This document shows, piece after piece, positions 37,861-46,883 of a DNA stretch of 64,000 nt (positions within the stretch are counted from its first letter, which is position 1; the number at the start of each line of letters is the position of its first letter). The notes under the pieces are model-generated. The model was not told the DNA's origin. It ran no database searches and worked only from the letters and a program-made list of their open reading frames with translations. A program made the translations under genes and the position numbers. This DNA is from Acidimicrobiales bacterium (GTDB lineage Bacteria > Actinomycetota > Acidimicrobiia > Acidimicrobiales > Aldehydirespiratoraceae): NCBI GenBank assembly GCA_040219515.1, contig JAVJSI010000010.1, forward strand, positions 158,557-222,556, read 5' to 3'.

Positions 37861-37957
37861 GTCCCTGCGGTGTCAGACACCTGTCCCTGCGGTGTCAGAC
37901 ACCTGTCCCTGCCGGAAGTTGGGACGGGTTGGGACGGGGGTCTGACCCCGGTGTCCC
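37861..37957. repeat. Cluster of three REP-like palindromic units, same family as 2589-2654
   Basis: gtccctgcggtgtcagacacct occurs twice in tandem (37861-37904). An inverted canonical unit, gggacgggggtctgaccccggtgtccc, follows at 37931-37957. The cluster fills a convergent spacer. Confidence 0.6.
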
Positions 37958-37960
37958 AAC

Positions 37961-38926
37961 TCAGGGGAGGCGGTGGTGGGCGTCGCGCAAGAAGGCGAGC
38001 GCGTGGGCGACAGGGTCGTCGGCGGTCCGCAGTGCGGCGTAGGACATCGAGGCGCCGTTGAAATCGGTCTCGTTCCAGAACGGGTCGCTGCGGTCGACGT
38101 CGCCCCAGGCGCCGATGTAGAGGTAGGGCTCGGCGTGGCCGGCGTCGCCGGGCGATGCGCCATACGTCGCCCGCCCGCCGGTATCGGCGTCACCCATGGC
38201 GATCGCCGGGTCGAAGTGCCCGGGCCACAGCTGGGTGCGATCCACGTCGACGGCACCGTCCGTGAGCCGGAGTTCCTCGAGCACCGACCACGCGAAGCCG
38301 AACCATGCGGCGAGAAACTCGCCCGTGGCGTCCGTCGCGCCGAGATCGGTGTCGGGGTCGCCGAGCGGGGGAGAGTCGTGTTCCGCGGCGGTGGTGCCCG
38401 GCTCGAACCCGAGGAAGTCGCCTGCGGCCCGCAGCGTGGTGATGGCCGTGCTGTCGACCGTGTTGCCTCGCTGCCAGACCAACACGCCGTGCTCGACGCG
38501 TACCTGTTCGTCGTCGCCGAAGAACGGCGTACCGAACCCACCCCGCGTGAAACGGAGCCCGAACTTGGTGTTCGCCAATCGTCGGGCTTCGGCGACGACG
38601 CCGTAGGCGAGTCGGTGGTAGCCGTCGCGAGCGGCCGGGTATCCCGCAGGAACCGGTGGCAACGGGGGCCGGTTCGCCAGCCAGCGCTCGGCCGCCCACC
38701 CAGCGAGCTCCGGCCGCTGATCGACGATCTCGGCCCAGGTGATGTCGCCCCCGCTCGTCGGGGTGACCACGCGGGCGCCGCCGCCGTCACCGGCGAGCGC
38801 CGGGTCGTCGGCGAAGAACTCGGGATCGGTGTCGGCCGGGCGACCGGGCTCCAGCGTCCGTGCGACGAACCCGTCACCGAGCAACGCGTTCGCTTCGGCG
38901 GTGGGGCTGTGGGCGGTGATCGACAT
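37961..38926 (-). CDS. Conserved hypothetical protein
   Basis: 321 aa with high GC3 and a plausible composition. I recognise no motif. Confidence 0.55.
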   Translation of the reverse strand: MSITAHSPTAEANALLGDGFVARTLEPGRPADTDPEFFADDPALAGDGGGARVVTPTSGGDITWAEIVDQRPELAGWAAERWLANRPPLPPVPAGYPAARDGYHRLAYGVVAEARRLANTKFGLRFTRGGFGTPFFGDDEQVRVEHGVLVWQRGNTVDSTAITTLRAAGDFLGFEPGTTAAEHDSPPLGDPDTDLGATDATGEFLAAWFGFAWSVLEELRLTDGAVDVDRTQLWPGHFDPAIAMGDADTGGRATYGASPGDAGHAEPYLYIGAWGDVDRSDPFWNETDFNGASMSYAALRTADDPVAHALAFLRDAHHRLP

Positions 38927-38998
38927 GTCGGCTCTCTCCCTGTCGCGAGGCCGGCTGGTGGTCGGGAAGTCGTGGCGGCACTCGTGGGTTCACACACC

Positions 38999-40171
38999 AT
39001 GCCATCGTCTCGCCTCACCGCTGCGTTCGTCGGACTGGTCCTCGTCACGACCGCGTGCGGCGGTGACCCGGTTGTGGAGGTCGACGACGCGACGTTCGAG
39101 GTGGAGCAGATCGCGTCGACCGCACGCGAGGACGTGCCCTCGGGACTCGACGACGCACTCCAGCCCGGGCTACCCGAGCCGCTGGTCGACGTCGAGCGGA
39201 TCGTGTCGGGCGGGCCCCCACCCGATGGGATCCCGCCGATCGACGAGCCGAGCTTCCAGCCCGCCGCGTCGGTGGACTGGCTCTCGCCCACCGAGGCCGT
39301 CATCGCGGTCGAGATCGGTGGAGAGGCCCGGGCCTACCCGGTCCAGATTCTGATCTGGCACGAGCTCGTCAACGACACGATCGGCGACACGCCGATCACC
39401 GTCTCGTACTGCCCGCTGTGCAATTCCGCGCTGGCGTACGACCGGCGACTCGGCGATCGCATCCTCGACTTCGGGACATCGGGCCGACTCTTCAACTCGT
39501 CGTTGGTCATGTACGACCGTCAGACCGAGAGCCTCTGGACCCATTTCGACGGCCGTGCCGTCGCCGGCGCGCTCACTGGTGCCGAGCTCGACACGTACCC
39601 GATCTCCACGGTGTCATGGGAGGACTTCCGGACGGCCCACCCGGACTCGCCGGTGCTCAGCCGCGACACCGGGTTCAGTCGTGACTACGGGCGGAATCCC
39701 TACGAGGGGTACGACGACGCCTCGACCCAGCCGTTCCTCTTCGACGGTGAGCTCGATGACCGTCTCGACGCCAAGACCCGTGTGGTGGTGGTGCGAGACG
39801 ACGCCGGGCCCGCGGTCGTGCTCGAGCTCTCGACGCTGCTCGCCGACGGAGTCATCGAGTTCGAGGCGCACGATCGATCCCTTGTCGCGGTGCTCGACCC
39901 GGGCACGGCCAGCCCACTCGACGGCAGTGAGGTCGCCGCCGGCTATGACCAGGGTGCGGTCGGCGTGTTCGAGAACGAGCTCGACGGTGAGCGACTCGAG
40001 CTCGTCCGCGGCGACGAGGGTTTCCTCGACAGGCAGAGCGGCAGGACGTTCGACGTCTTCGGGAGGCAGGTCGGCGCGGGTCCCGCTCGTCTCGCGCCGG
40101 TCGAGCATCTCGACACTTTCTGGTTCGCGATCGCCGCGTTCGACCGCGACGCCGAGGTTCTCGCCGGCTGA
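38999..40171 (+). CDS. DUF3179-family lipoprotein
   Basis: Lipobox VTTAC. …DGIPPIDEPSF…AYPVQILIWHELVND…VSYCPLCNS…SGRLFNSSLVMYD… matches my recollection of DUF3179. Confidence 0.7.
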   Translation: MPSSRLTAAFVGLVLVTTACGGDPVVEVDDATFEVEQIASTAREDVPSGLDDALQPGLPEPLVDVERIVSGGPPPDGIPPIDEPSFQPAASVDWLSPTEAVIAVEIGGEARAYPVQILIWHELVNDTIGDTPITVSYCPLCNSALAYDRRLGDRILDFGTSGRLFNSSLVMYDRQTESLWTHFDGRAVAGALTGAELDTYPISTVSWEDFRTAHPDSPVLSRDTGFSRDYGRNPYEGYDDASTQPFLFDGELDDRLDAKTRVVVVRDDAGPAVVLELSTLLADGVIEFEAHDRSLVAVLDPGTASPLDGSEVAAGYDQGAVGVFENELDGERLELVRGDEGFLDRQSGRTFDVFGRQVGAGPARLAPVEHLDTFWFAIAAFDRDAEVLAG

Positions 40172-40174
40172 CGC

Positions 40175-40678
40175 TCAGGGTGCGGCGGTGTAGCGACCCC
40201 GGGTGATATCGCGGCCCCGCGTCTCGAGGGTCCAGATACTGCCCTTCTCGCAGCCCCGAGGACCGAGAACGGACATGCCCTCGCGCAGCAGCCGGTTCAC
40301 CACCTCGGGGATCAGGTCGCCGTGGCTGCAGAGGATCAGGTCGTCCTCGGTATCCGCTTCGGCCCGTAGGAGCTCGAGCAGGTCGTTCGGCCGAGCCCCT
40401 TCGGTGAGTTCGGCCCGGGTCTCGACCTCGAGACCGTGGGCCGCGGCCGTTGCCGATACGGTGTCGACACAGCGCGTCGCACGCGACGACCAGACACCCC
40501 GCAGGCGGCAGTCGGCGAAGTGCGCGGCGATGGAGATCGCCTGCCGCCTTCCCCGATCGTCGAGCGGCCGCTCGAGGTCGTCGAGATTCCAACGACTGCG
40601 ATCGAGCGCCGCGGCATGACGGACGAGGTAGAGGGTCACCGGATCCGGAGTGTAGGGCGGCGGTGCGACCCGACGCAT
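40175..40678 (-). CDS. Histidine phosphatase family protein (SixA-like)
   Basis: LYLVRHAAA (RHG-type motif) and a later SHGD. 167 aa from the ATG at 40678. Confidence 0.7.
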   Translation of the reverse strand: MRRVAPPPYTPDPVTLYLVRHAAALDRSRWNLDDLERPLDDRGRRQAISIAAHFADCRLRGVWSSRATRCVDTVSATAAAHGLEVETRAELTEGARPNDLLELLRAEADTEDDLILCSHGDLIPEVVNRLLREGMSVLGPRGCEKGSIWTLETRGRDITRGRYTAAP

Positions 40679-40693
40679 GCTCGGGCAGACTCG

Positions 40694-41317
40694 ATGCCGA
40701 TGGGGTTCTTCGATCGAAACCGCAAGGCGCTGGAGGAGGCCGGCATCGACCCGGCCCGACTCCCGCCCGGCCAGTATCACACCGACCGGTTTCCGGTGCT
40801 CCAGGTCGGGTCACCCGCGACCTACGCCGAGGACCTGTCCGACTGGGATCTCCGGGTATTCGGTCGTGTCGCCGACGAGCTCGTGTTCACGTTCGCCGAG
40901 CTGACCGCGCTGGCCCCGGTCGAGGTGGTCACGGACATCCATTGCGTGACGAAGTGGTCGAAGTTCGACACCCGGTGGACGGGGGTGCGCATGCGTGACC
41001 TCTACGACATCGCCGGCGTCGATCAGTACGCAACCCATGTCGTGATGCACGGCGAGCACGGCTACTCGGCCAATCTTCCGATCGAGCACACGCTCGGCGA
41101 CGACGCACTGGTCACATGGGCGTACGACGGCCAACCGATCGAGGTCGCGCACGGGTACCCCGTGCGCACCCTCGTGCCCCACCTCTACTTCTGGAAGTCG
41201 GTGAAGTGGCTGCGGGGCATCGAGCTGGTCGTCGGGGATCGGCCCGGCTTCTGGGAGCAGAACGGGTACCACGACCTGGGTGACCCGTTCGCCGAGCAGC
41301 GCTTTCGGGGCGATTGA
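40694..41317 (+). CDS. Sulfite-oxidase-fold molybdopterin oxidoreductase (small YedY/MsrP-like type)
   Basis: …DIHCVTKWSKFDTRWTGV… (Mo-ligand Cys context), …GYPVRTLVPHLYFWKSVKWL… and …GFWEQNGYH…. Confidence 0.75.
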   Translation: MPMGFFDRNRKALEEAGIDPARLPPGQYHTDRFPVLQVGSPATYAEDLSDWDLRVFGRVADELVFTFAELTALAPVEVVTDIHCVTKWSKFDTRWTGVRMRDLYDIAGVDQYATHVVMHGEHGYSANLPIEHTLGDDALVTWAYDGQPIEVAHGYPVRTLVPHLYFWKSVKWLRGIELVVGDRPGFWEQNGYHDLGDPFAEQRFRGD

Positions 41318-41420
41318 GACGTCCGTCACAGAATGGGCCATCCGGCCCATGCGCCCGAGCCCTTCCGCCATTAGCAATGGGCTGAGTGGCGAAGGGCGTG
41401 AGTGGAGGAGGCGAAGGGCG

Positions 41421-41924
41421 ATGGGCGTGGAACCCGTACCGACCGGGCGTACTGCGGTGGTGGTCGCCACGAACCTGGGTCTCATCGAATCCCTCGTGGA
41501 GTCGGCCGGCTACACGGTGGTGGGCGCAGCCGCCACCGCCGTCAACGGCGAGATGATCCTTCGACACTGGGTACAGAAGAATCGAGTGCCCGACGTGGTC
41601 GTCATCGAGAACGACCTCGTGGGCCCGAGCGGTTGGGCTTCCATGCCCAACCTGCGTACCGCGAGCCCCACAACCCAGGTTCTCCTGGTGGTCAATGAGG
41701 ATTGGACTCCCCGTGACATGGGGTCGAGTGGTGCCTTCGCCGTCGTGACAAGGAGCCGGCTCGGCGAGCTGGTGACCGAGCTCGACGGCGTCGACCGGTG
41801 GATCGCCGATCAGGCCGCGACATCGATCGACAACGATCGTCGCCACGGCCGTGATCGGCGAATCCATCAGGACTGGGCCCAGGTCGGCTGGGAACGGCGC
41901 GCCGCACAGCGGCGTGCTGCATGA
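41421..41924 (+). CDS. Receiver-like (degenerate CheY-fold) protein with an Arg-rich tail
   Basis: An alternating beta/alpha pattern (AVVVATN…, DVVVIENDL…, QVLLVVNED…) resembles a receiver domain. The acidic pocket and the Lys are not conserved. The call is tentative. Confidence 0.35.
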   Translation: MGVEPVPTGRTAVVVATNLGLIESLVESAGYTVVGAAATAVNGEMILRHWVQKNRVPDVVVIENDLVGPSGWASMPNLRTASPTTQVLLVVNEDWTPRDMGSSGAFAVVTRSRLGELVTELDGVDRWIADQAATSIDNDRRHGRDRRIHQDWAQVGWERRAAQRRAA

Positions 41925-42808
41925 TTGCGAGAGTGCAGCTTCACCACCTGACCCGCCGTCTCGAGCAGTATCCCCGTCTTCATGAGCAGGTGATGGCGCT
42001 CGAAGGCTGGCGTCTCGCCCGCCGGCTCGATCTGCTCGCGGTCCGCGGCGGTGAAGCCGTGATCGTTTTCCAGATGGGCAAGGTCGGTTCGACGTCGGTT
42101 GCGTCGTCGTTTCCCACCGGGCGGCATCCGGTGTCGGTCCAGACGCACCACCTCCACCGGCCGCGCGTCGAGGCGGCGAAGGAATGGTCGCGCGCCAGGG
42201 GACTGCCGGTGCGGGCCCACTTCTTCCACGCCGACGCGGTGGCCCGTCGCGTGGTCGACAGAGGACGTCCGTTCAAGCTGATCACACTCGTGCGCGAACC
42301 GGTGGGGCGTTCGGTGTCGAACTTCTTCCACAACTTCGAGCGCTTCGTGGGCGTGCCGTTGACCGATTCGACACACACCACCGAGGAGCTCGTGCAACTG
42401 CTGGTGGAGCACGAGAAGCAGTTCGACGAATCGCGATGGTTCCAGCGCGAGTTCGAGCCGGCGCTGGGCATCGACCTCTATGCCCATCCGTTCCCGCACG
42501 ACGAAGGGGTGCAACGACTCCGGGCCGGCCGAGGCGAGAGGGGCGAGGTACTCGTGCTGCGGCTCGAGACCTCCGACGACGACAAGGAGGCCGCCATCGC
42601 GGCATTCCTCGGCGAGACCGACTTCCGGTTGGCGAGCGCCAACGTCGGTGCCGAGAAGGACTATGGCGCGGTGTACGAGCGCTTCCGAAGTGCCGCCGTG
42701 CTCCCGGAGGCGTTTCTCGACCGGAAGCTCGGGAGCATCTACGCAACCCACTTCTACTCGGCGGCGGAGCGCGACGAGGTACGGAGGCGGTGGTCCGTCA
42801 GAGAGTGA
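41921..42808 (+). CDS. Sulfotransferase-fold protein (capsular-polysaccharide-synthesis-like family)
   Basis: FQMGKVGSTS resembles the PAPS 5'-phosphosulfate-binding loop, and the size fits. ATGA overlap with the upstream receiver-like gene. Confidence 0.45.
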   Translation: MIARVQLHHLTRRLEQYPRLHEQVMALEGWRLARRLDLLAVRGGEAVIVFQMGKVGSTSVASSFPTGRHPVSVQTHHLHRPRVEAAKEWSRARGLPVRAHFFHADAVARRVVDRGRPFKLITLVREPVGRSVSNFFHNFERFVGVPLTDSTHTTEELVQLLVEHEKQFDESRWFQREFEPALGIDLYAHPFPHDEGVQRLRAGRGERGEVLVLRLETSDDDKEAAIAAFLGETDFRLASANVGAEKDYGAVYERFRSAAVLPEAFLDRKLGSIYATHFYSAAERDEVRRRWSVRE

Positions 42809-43532
42809 CGTGGGTGACGCAGATGTCGTCGCCCTTGGACTTCGACGACCCTGTGTCGGCCCCGGCGGGCCCATGGAGCGAGCCGAGCATTCCTCGCACG
42901 ATGCCGCGATCGACGGCGCAGATGACGGGATGTTCGACCACGGCATCACCGAACGGGCAGTTCTGGGCGACGATCTGGTACTCGTCGCCGTCGGACTCGG
43001 CCCGGGCCGCGAAGCCGTGGGCGGAGAGGGCATCGGCGACGGCGTGGAGCGCACCCTGGTAGGAGCGGTGGGTCTCCGACGGATCGATGGCCGCGGCCAT
43101 CGCCTTGCCGTACTCGATGCCGACTTCCTCGGCCATCAGCTCGGCGGCTTCGGCGGGGAGCAGCGCGAGCGCTCGACCCAAGAGGGACACGAGGATGTCA
43201 TCGTGACGGATCGAGACCTCGAGACGGACGTGGGGGCTCGTGGCCCGGTACCGCTTCGACGGACGGCCCACGCCGCCGGACGGTTTGGCCAGGTCGATCT
43301 CGAGATATCCGCCGGCCGCGAGCTTGTCGAGATGGTGCCGCGCGACGTTGGCGTGGAGTTCGAAACGCCTCGCCGCGTCGCTTGCGGTGATGCCCGCATC
43401 GCTCTCGTGGGCGAAGAGATAGATCTCTCGGCGGGTCGGATCACCGAACGCGGTGGTGATCGCCGTGACCGCCGAGGCGAACTCGGTCGGGCTCAGTTCG
43501 CCGAGCGCCGACTGCGGGGAAGCTTCATCCAC
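42798..43532 (-). CDS. ArsR-type winged-helix regulator with a Cys-containing C-terminal domain (SufR-like)
   Basis: HTH …FGDPTRREIYLFA…ASDAARRFELHANVARHHLDKL…. C-terminal …NCPF…ICAVDRG… may provide metal or cluster ligands. Divergent from mrp/apbC. Confidence 0.6.
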   Translation of the reverse strand: MDEASPQSALGELSPTEFASAVTAITTAFGDPTRREIYLFAHESDAGITASDAARRFELHANVARHHLDKLAAGGYLEIDLAKPSGGVGRPSKRYRATSPHVRLEVSIRHDDILVSLLGRALALLPAEAAELMAEEVGIEYGKAMAAAIDPSETHRSYQGALHAVADALSAHGFAARAESDGDEYQIVAQNCPFGDAVVEHPVICAVDRGIVRGMLGSLHGPAGADTGSSKSKGDDICVTHVTL

Positions 43533-43549
43533 GCCGGTATTCTACCGGC
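43533..43549. promoter_or_regulatory. 17-bp perfect palindrome GCCGGTA-TTC-TACCGGC forming the whole divergent spacer; overlapping -10-like hexamers TATTCT (+) and TAGAAT (-)
   Basis: Read directly. Each TANNNT hexamer ends 6 nt before its own start codon (ATG 43550, GTG 43532). This implies two leaderless transcripts and a shared operator. Confidence 0.45.
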
Positions 43550-44689
43550 ATGACCGTCACCGAGGCCGAGCTCATCGACGCGCTGCGCCCCGTGCAGGAT
43601 CCGGAGCTCCATCGCAGCATCGTGGACCTGGGCATGGTGCGGTCCACCACGATCGACGGCGCCCACGTCGAGATCGGCATCGATCTCACCATTGCCGGGT
43701 GTCCGCTGCGCAACGAGATCCAGACGACCGTCACCGATGCCGTCACCGCGCTCGACGGTGTGAACCTCGTCACGATCGACTTCGGTGTCATGTCCGACGA
43801 GCAGCGCGCCGCGGTGCGCGAGATGCTCCACGGCGACCCGGCCGCGACGGCTGGTTCACAACCTGCTCACGGTCACGCCGAAGGTCGGGCGATTCCATTC
43901 GCACAGGCCGGCAACCGCACCCGAACCCTGCTCATCGCCTCGGGCAAGGGCGGCGTGGGCAAATCTTCGGTCACCGCCAACCTCGGCATCGCCCTGGCCC
44001 AGCGTGGGCACAAGGTCGCCGTGGTCGACGCCGACGTGTGGGGCTTCTCGATCCCGCGCATGCTGGGTGTGGCCCATGCTCCCACCGTCATCGACGACAT
44101 GATCATCCCGCCCGAGACCCACGGCGTGCGCTGCATCTCGATGGGGTTCTTCGCCAAGGAGGATCAGCCGGTCATCTGGCGTGGACCCATGCTCCACAAG
44201 GCGCTCGAGCAGTTCCTCACCGACGTCTTCTGGGACGACCCCGACTTCCTGCTCGTCGACCTGCCGCCCGGCACCGGCGACATCTCGTTGTCGCTGGCCC
44301 AGTTCCTCCCGACGGCCGAGGCCTATGTGGTCACCACGCCCAACCCGGCGGCCCAGCGGGTGGCCCAGCGGTCCGCCTTCATGTTCGATCAGGTCAACAT
44401 CGAGGTGAAGGGCGTCATCGAGAACATGTCCTGGTTCACCGGCGACGACGACAAGCGCTACTACCTGTTCGGCGCGGGCGGCGGTGCCGAACTCGCCAAC
44501 CGCCTCGAGGTCGACCTCATCGGCCAGGTGCCGATGACCATCGCGCTGCGCGAAGGCTCCGATCAGGGTGAGCCGGTCATGGCGGTCGATCCGACCAACG
44601 AGTCGTCGCTGGTGTTCGTCGAGATGGCAGAGTGGATCGAAGCGCACAAGCCGTCGAAGCGCACCCACCCCGAACTCAAGATCAACTGA
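43550..44689 (+). CDS. apbC: Fe-S cluster carrier ATPase Mrp/ApbC/NBP35 with an N-terminal DUF59 domain
   Basis: DUF59 block (…VQDPELHRSIVDLGMV…) and deviant Walker A SGKGGVGKSS. Confidence 0.9.
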   Translation: MTVTEAELIDALRPVQDPELHRSIVDLGMVRSTTIDGAHVEIGIDLTIAGCPLRNEIQTTVTDAVTALDGVNLVTIDFGVMSDEQRAAVREMLHGDPAATAGSQPAHGHAEGRAIPFAQAGNRTRTLLIASGKGGVGKSSVTANLGIALAQRGHKVAVVDADVWGFSIPRMLGVAHAPTVIDDMIIPPETHGVRCISMGFFAKEDQPVIWRGPMLHKALEQFLTDVFWDDPDFLLVDLPPGTGDISLSLAQFLPTAEAYVVTTPNPAAQRVAQRSAFMFDQVNIEVKGVIENMSWFTGDDDKRYYLFGAGGGAELANRLEVDLIGQVPMTIALREGSDQGEPVMAVDPTNESSLVFVEMAEWIEAHKPSKRTHPELKIN

Positions 44690-44716
44690 TCCGAATTCCG
44701 AGAGAAAGAGCCTGCT

Positions 44717-44944
44717 GTGGACGTCCGTATCGGTGTCACCGACCATCCCCGTGAGATCGGCGTCCGCCTGCCCGACGACGCTGATCGGGCAGCCGTGAGG
44801 GCAGAGATCGAGTCCGCGCTGAGCGGCTCGTCATCCACCCTGTGGCTGACCGACGAGAAGGGCGGCGAGGTCGGCATTCCGTCCGCGAAGCTCGCCTTCG
44901 TCGAGATCGGTCCGGAGGGCGGCAGCCCCATCGGCTTCGGCTGA
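44717..44944 (+). CDS. DUF3107 family protein
   Basis: 75 aa: MDVRIGVTDHPREI…LWLTDEKGGEV…. This matches my recollection of DUF3107. Confidence 0.6.
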   Translation: MDVRIGVTDHPREIGVRLPDDADRAAVRAEIESALSGSSSTLWLTDEKGGEVGIPSAKLAFVEIGPEGGSPIGFG

Positions 44945-44974
44945 CCCGGGGCGACGTCGTCGGTCACCAAGGTC

Positions 44975-46501
44975 ATGGCCGGACTGGCAGAGCTCGCCCG
45001 CGACCACACGTCGCTGCCCCACGGTTCGATCGAGAATCTTCAGCGTCTGGTCAGTGCATGGTCGCTGCTGAGCGACCTGTCGTCATCGGATCTCCTGCTC
45101 TACGCGGCGACCGACGAGGAGGCCTCGGCCTTCGTCGTTCTCGGCCACACGAGACCGGTCACCGGTGCGACCGTGTACCAGACCGATCCGATCGGCATGG
45201 TCGTCTCCACCGCGACGCGACCCCTGCTGGCTCGGGCGTTGCTGGATCGCCGACGGGCCGAGGGACTCGTCCCCCGACCCGACGGTGCCGTCGCGCCGAT
45301 GGGCGATGACCCCCTCGTCGAAGAGGACGTCGGCGGTATCGGCAATCGGCTGACCGTGGACTACATCCCGGTCATGAGCGGCGGAGAGGCGATCGCCGTG
45401 CTCGCCCGCGAGTTCGATCCCCGCCAGCTGCGCCAACCGAGCGCGATCGAACGCCGCTATCGCGAGGCCTGGGAACGATTCGCGGCGATGGTGGCGGCCG
45501 GTGAATTCCCGCTGCACCTCTCGGAACGGGTCGGTGAGTTTCGTGAACCGCGGGTGGGTGACGGCATCGTGATCCTCGACCGCCAACAGCGGGTCGAGTA
45601 CGCGTCGCCCAATGCGGTGTCGGCTCTCCGTCGACTCGGGGTCACGGCCAATGTGATCGGTCAGGTGCTGGGCGAGATCGGCGCCGATGATCGGCCGGTC
45701 CGCCGGGCGTTCGCGTCCCGCCGCAGCACGGTCGAGGAACTCGAGCGGGGCGACACGGTGGCGGTCATCGCTCGCTGCCATCCGCTGCTCGAGGACGGAC
45801 GGGTCAGCGGCGCCGTGCTGTTGCTACGCGACATCTCGGAACTCCGCAGCCGCGACAAGTTGCTGGTCTCGAAGGACGCGACGATCCGTGAGATCCACCA
45901 TCGAGTGAAGAACAACCTCCAGACCATCCAATCGCTCCTGCGCCTGCAGTCCCGTCGGCTCGATTCCGACGAGGCCCGGGCCGCCATCGAGCAGTCGGCT
46001 CGGCGGATCGGATCGATCGCCATCGTCCACGAGACGCTGTCGGTGGAGACCGCCGATGTCGTCGACTTCGATGCGGTCGTCCGCCGGGTGATCGGCATGG
46101 TCGAGGAAGGTCTCGGATCGGTGGAGCGACCGGTACGGGTGCAGATCGAGGGCAGTCTGGGGGAGCTTGCCGGCGATGTCGCGATGCCGCTCGCAGTGGT
46201 CCTGACCGAGCTCGTCCAGAACGCGATCGATCATTCGGGCGACGGGGCGGGCGACGTGACGGTGCGCTTCGCGGCCACCGCCAAGGAGTTGGAGATCCGC
46301 GTCGAGGATGCCGGCCGCGGGGTGCCCGACGGCTTTGCCCTCGATCGCGACGCGCAGCTGGGCCTGACCATCGTGCGCACGTTCGTCGTGCACGATCTCG
46401 GCGGGTCGATCAGCCTGGCGAGGGCCACGCCGACGCCGCCTTTCGGCACTGTGGTGGAGATCCGGGTGCCTCGGCGGGGGCCGGGGCTACCGATCGGCTA
46501 G
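44975..46501 (+). CDS. pdtaS: Sensor histidine kinase PdtaS (GAF-PAS-HisKA_2/HWE-type)
   Basis: H-box IREIHHRVKNNLQTIQSLLRLQSRR and a C-terminal HATPase block. Soluble, with N-terminal GAF/PAS-like regions. Tail-to-tail with whiB, as Rv3220c is with Rv3219. Confidence 0.8.
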   Translation: MAGLAELARDHTSLPHGSIENLQRLVSAWSLLSDLSSSDLLLYAATDEEASAFVVLGHTRPVTGATVYQTDPIGMVVSTATRPLLARALLDRRRAEGLVPRPDGAVAPMGDDPLVEEDVGGIGNRLTVDYIPVMSGGEAIAVLAREFDPRQLRQPSAIERRYREAWERFAAMVAAGEFPLHLSERVGEFREPRVGDGIVILDRQQRVEYASPNAVSALRRLGVTANVIGQVLGEIGADDRPVRRAFASRRSTVEELERGDTVAVIARCHPLLEDGRVSGAVLLLRDISELRSRDKLLVSKDATIREIHHRVKNNLQTIQSLLRLQSRRLDSDEARAAIEQSARRIGSIAIVHETLSVETADVVDFDAVVRRVIGMVEEGLGSVERPVRVQIEGSLGELAGDVAMPLAVVLTELVQNAIDHSGDGAGDVTVRFAATAKELEIRVEDAGRGVPDGFALDRDAQLGLTIVRTFVVHDLGGSISLARATPTPPFGTVVEIRVPRRGPGLPIG

Positions 46502-46779
46502 GGGCGACCGGAGGCGGCGCGCATACGGCGGCGGATGACTCGACGCTCCTCTTCGGAGGTTCCGCCCCAGACGCCGGTGTCCTGATTGGTGGTGAGGGCG
46601 AACTCGAGGCAGGCATCGCGGCTCATGCAGGTCAGGCAGACCTCTTTGGCCGAGGCGATCTGGTCGACGGCGAGACCGGTGGTGCCGATGGGAAAGAAGA
46701 GCGCCGGGTCGGTGTCTCTGCACGCGGCCTTGTCCTGCCATTCGGCAGCTGTCTCGAATGCGTCGGCGGTCAGTGCCAC
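46498..46779 (-). CDS. whiB: WhiB-family Fe-S transcription factor (WhiB1-like)
   Basis: Four Cys (C-x22-C-x2-C-x5-C: …AACRD…CLTCMSRDAC…) followed by GVWGGTSEEERR. The GTG at 46779 is preceded by GGGGGA. Confidence 0.9.
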   Translation of the reverse strand: MALTADAFETAAEWQDKAACRDTDPALFFPIGTTGLAVDQIASAKEVCLTCMSRDACLEFALTTNQDTGVWGGTSEEERRVIRRRMRAASGRP

Positions 46780-46853
46780 ATTTCCCCCAGGTAGTCGGTG
46801 GTCCGGGTGGAAATCCCGGCCGTGATCGGCCCCCGTCCCCAAGGGCCGCCCTG

Positions 46854-46883
46854 ATAATAGGAACCGGTTCTCCTTTTGCGCAA
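46854..46883 (-). promoter_or_regulatory. Candidate sigma-A promoter of whiB: -35 TTGCGC, 18-nt spacer, -10 TATTAT
   Basis: Read on the minus strand within an AT-richer spacer. It would give a 5' UTR of roughly 70 nt. Confidence 0.4.

Noticed and set aside
40679-40693. Other very short divergent spacers (15 bp at 40679-40693 and 27 bp at 52705-52731) as palindromic operators like the one at 43533-43549
   Set aside because: Neither contains an inverted repeat. At most one TANNNT hexamer (TACCCT, 52719-52724) is suitably placed. They probably just reflect leaderless genes or slightly mis-set start codons.
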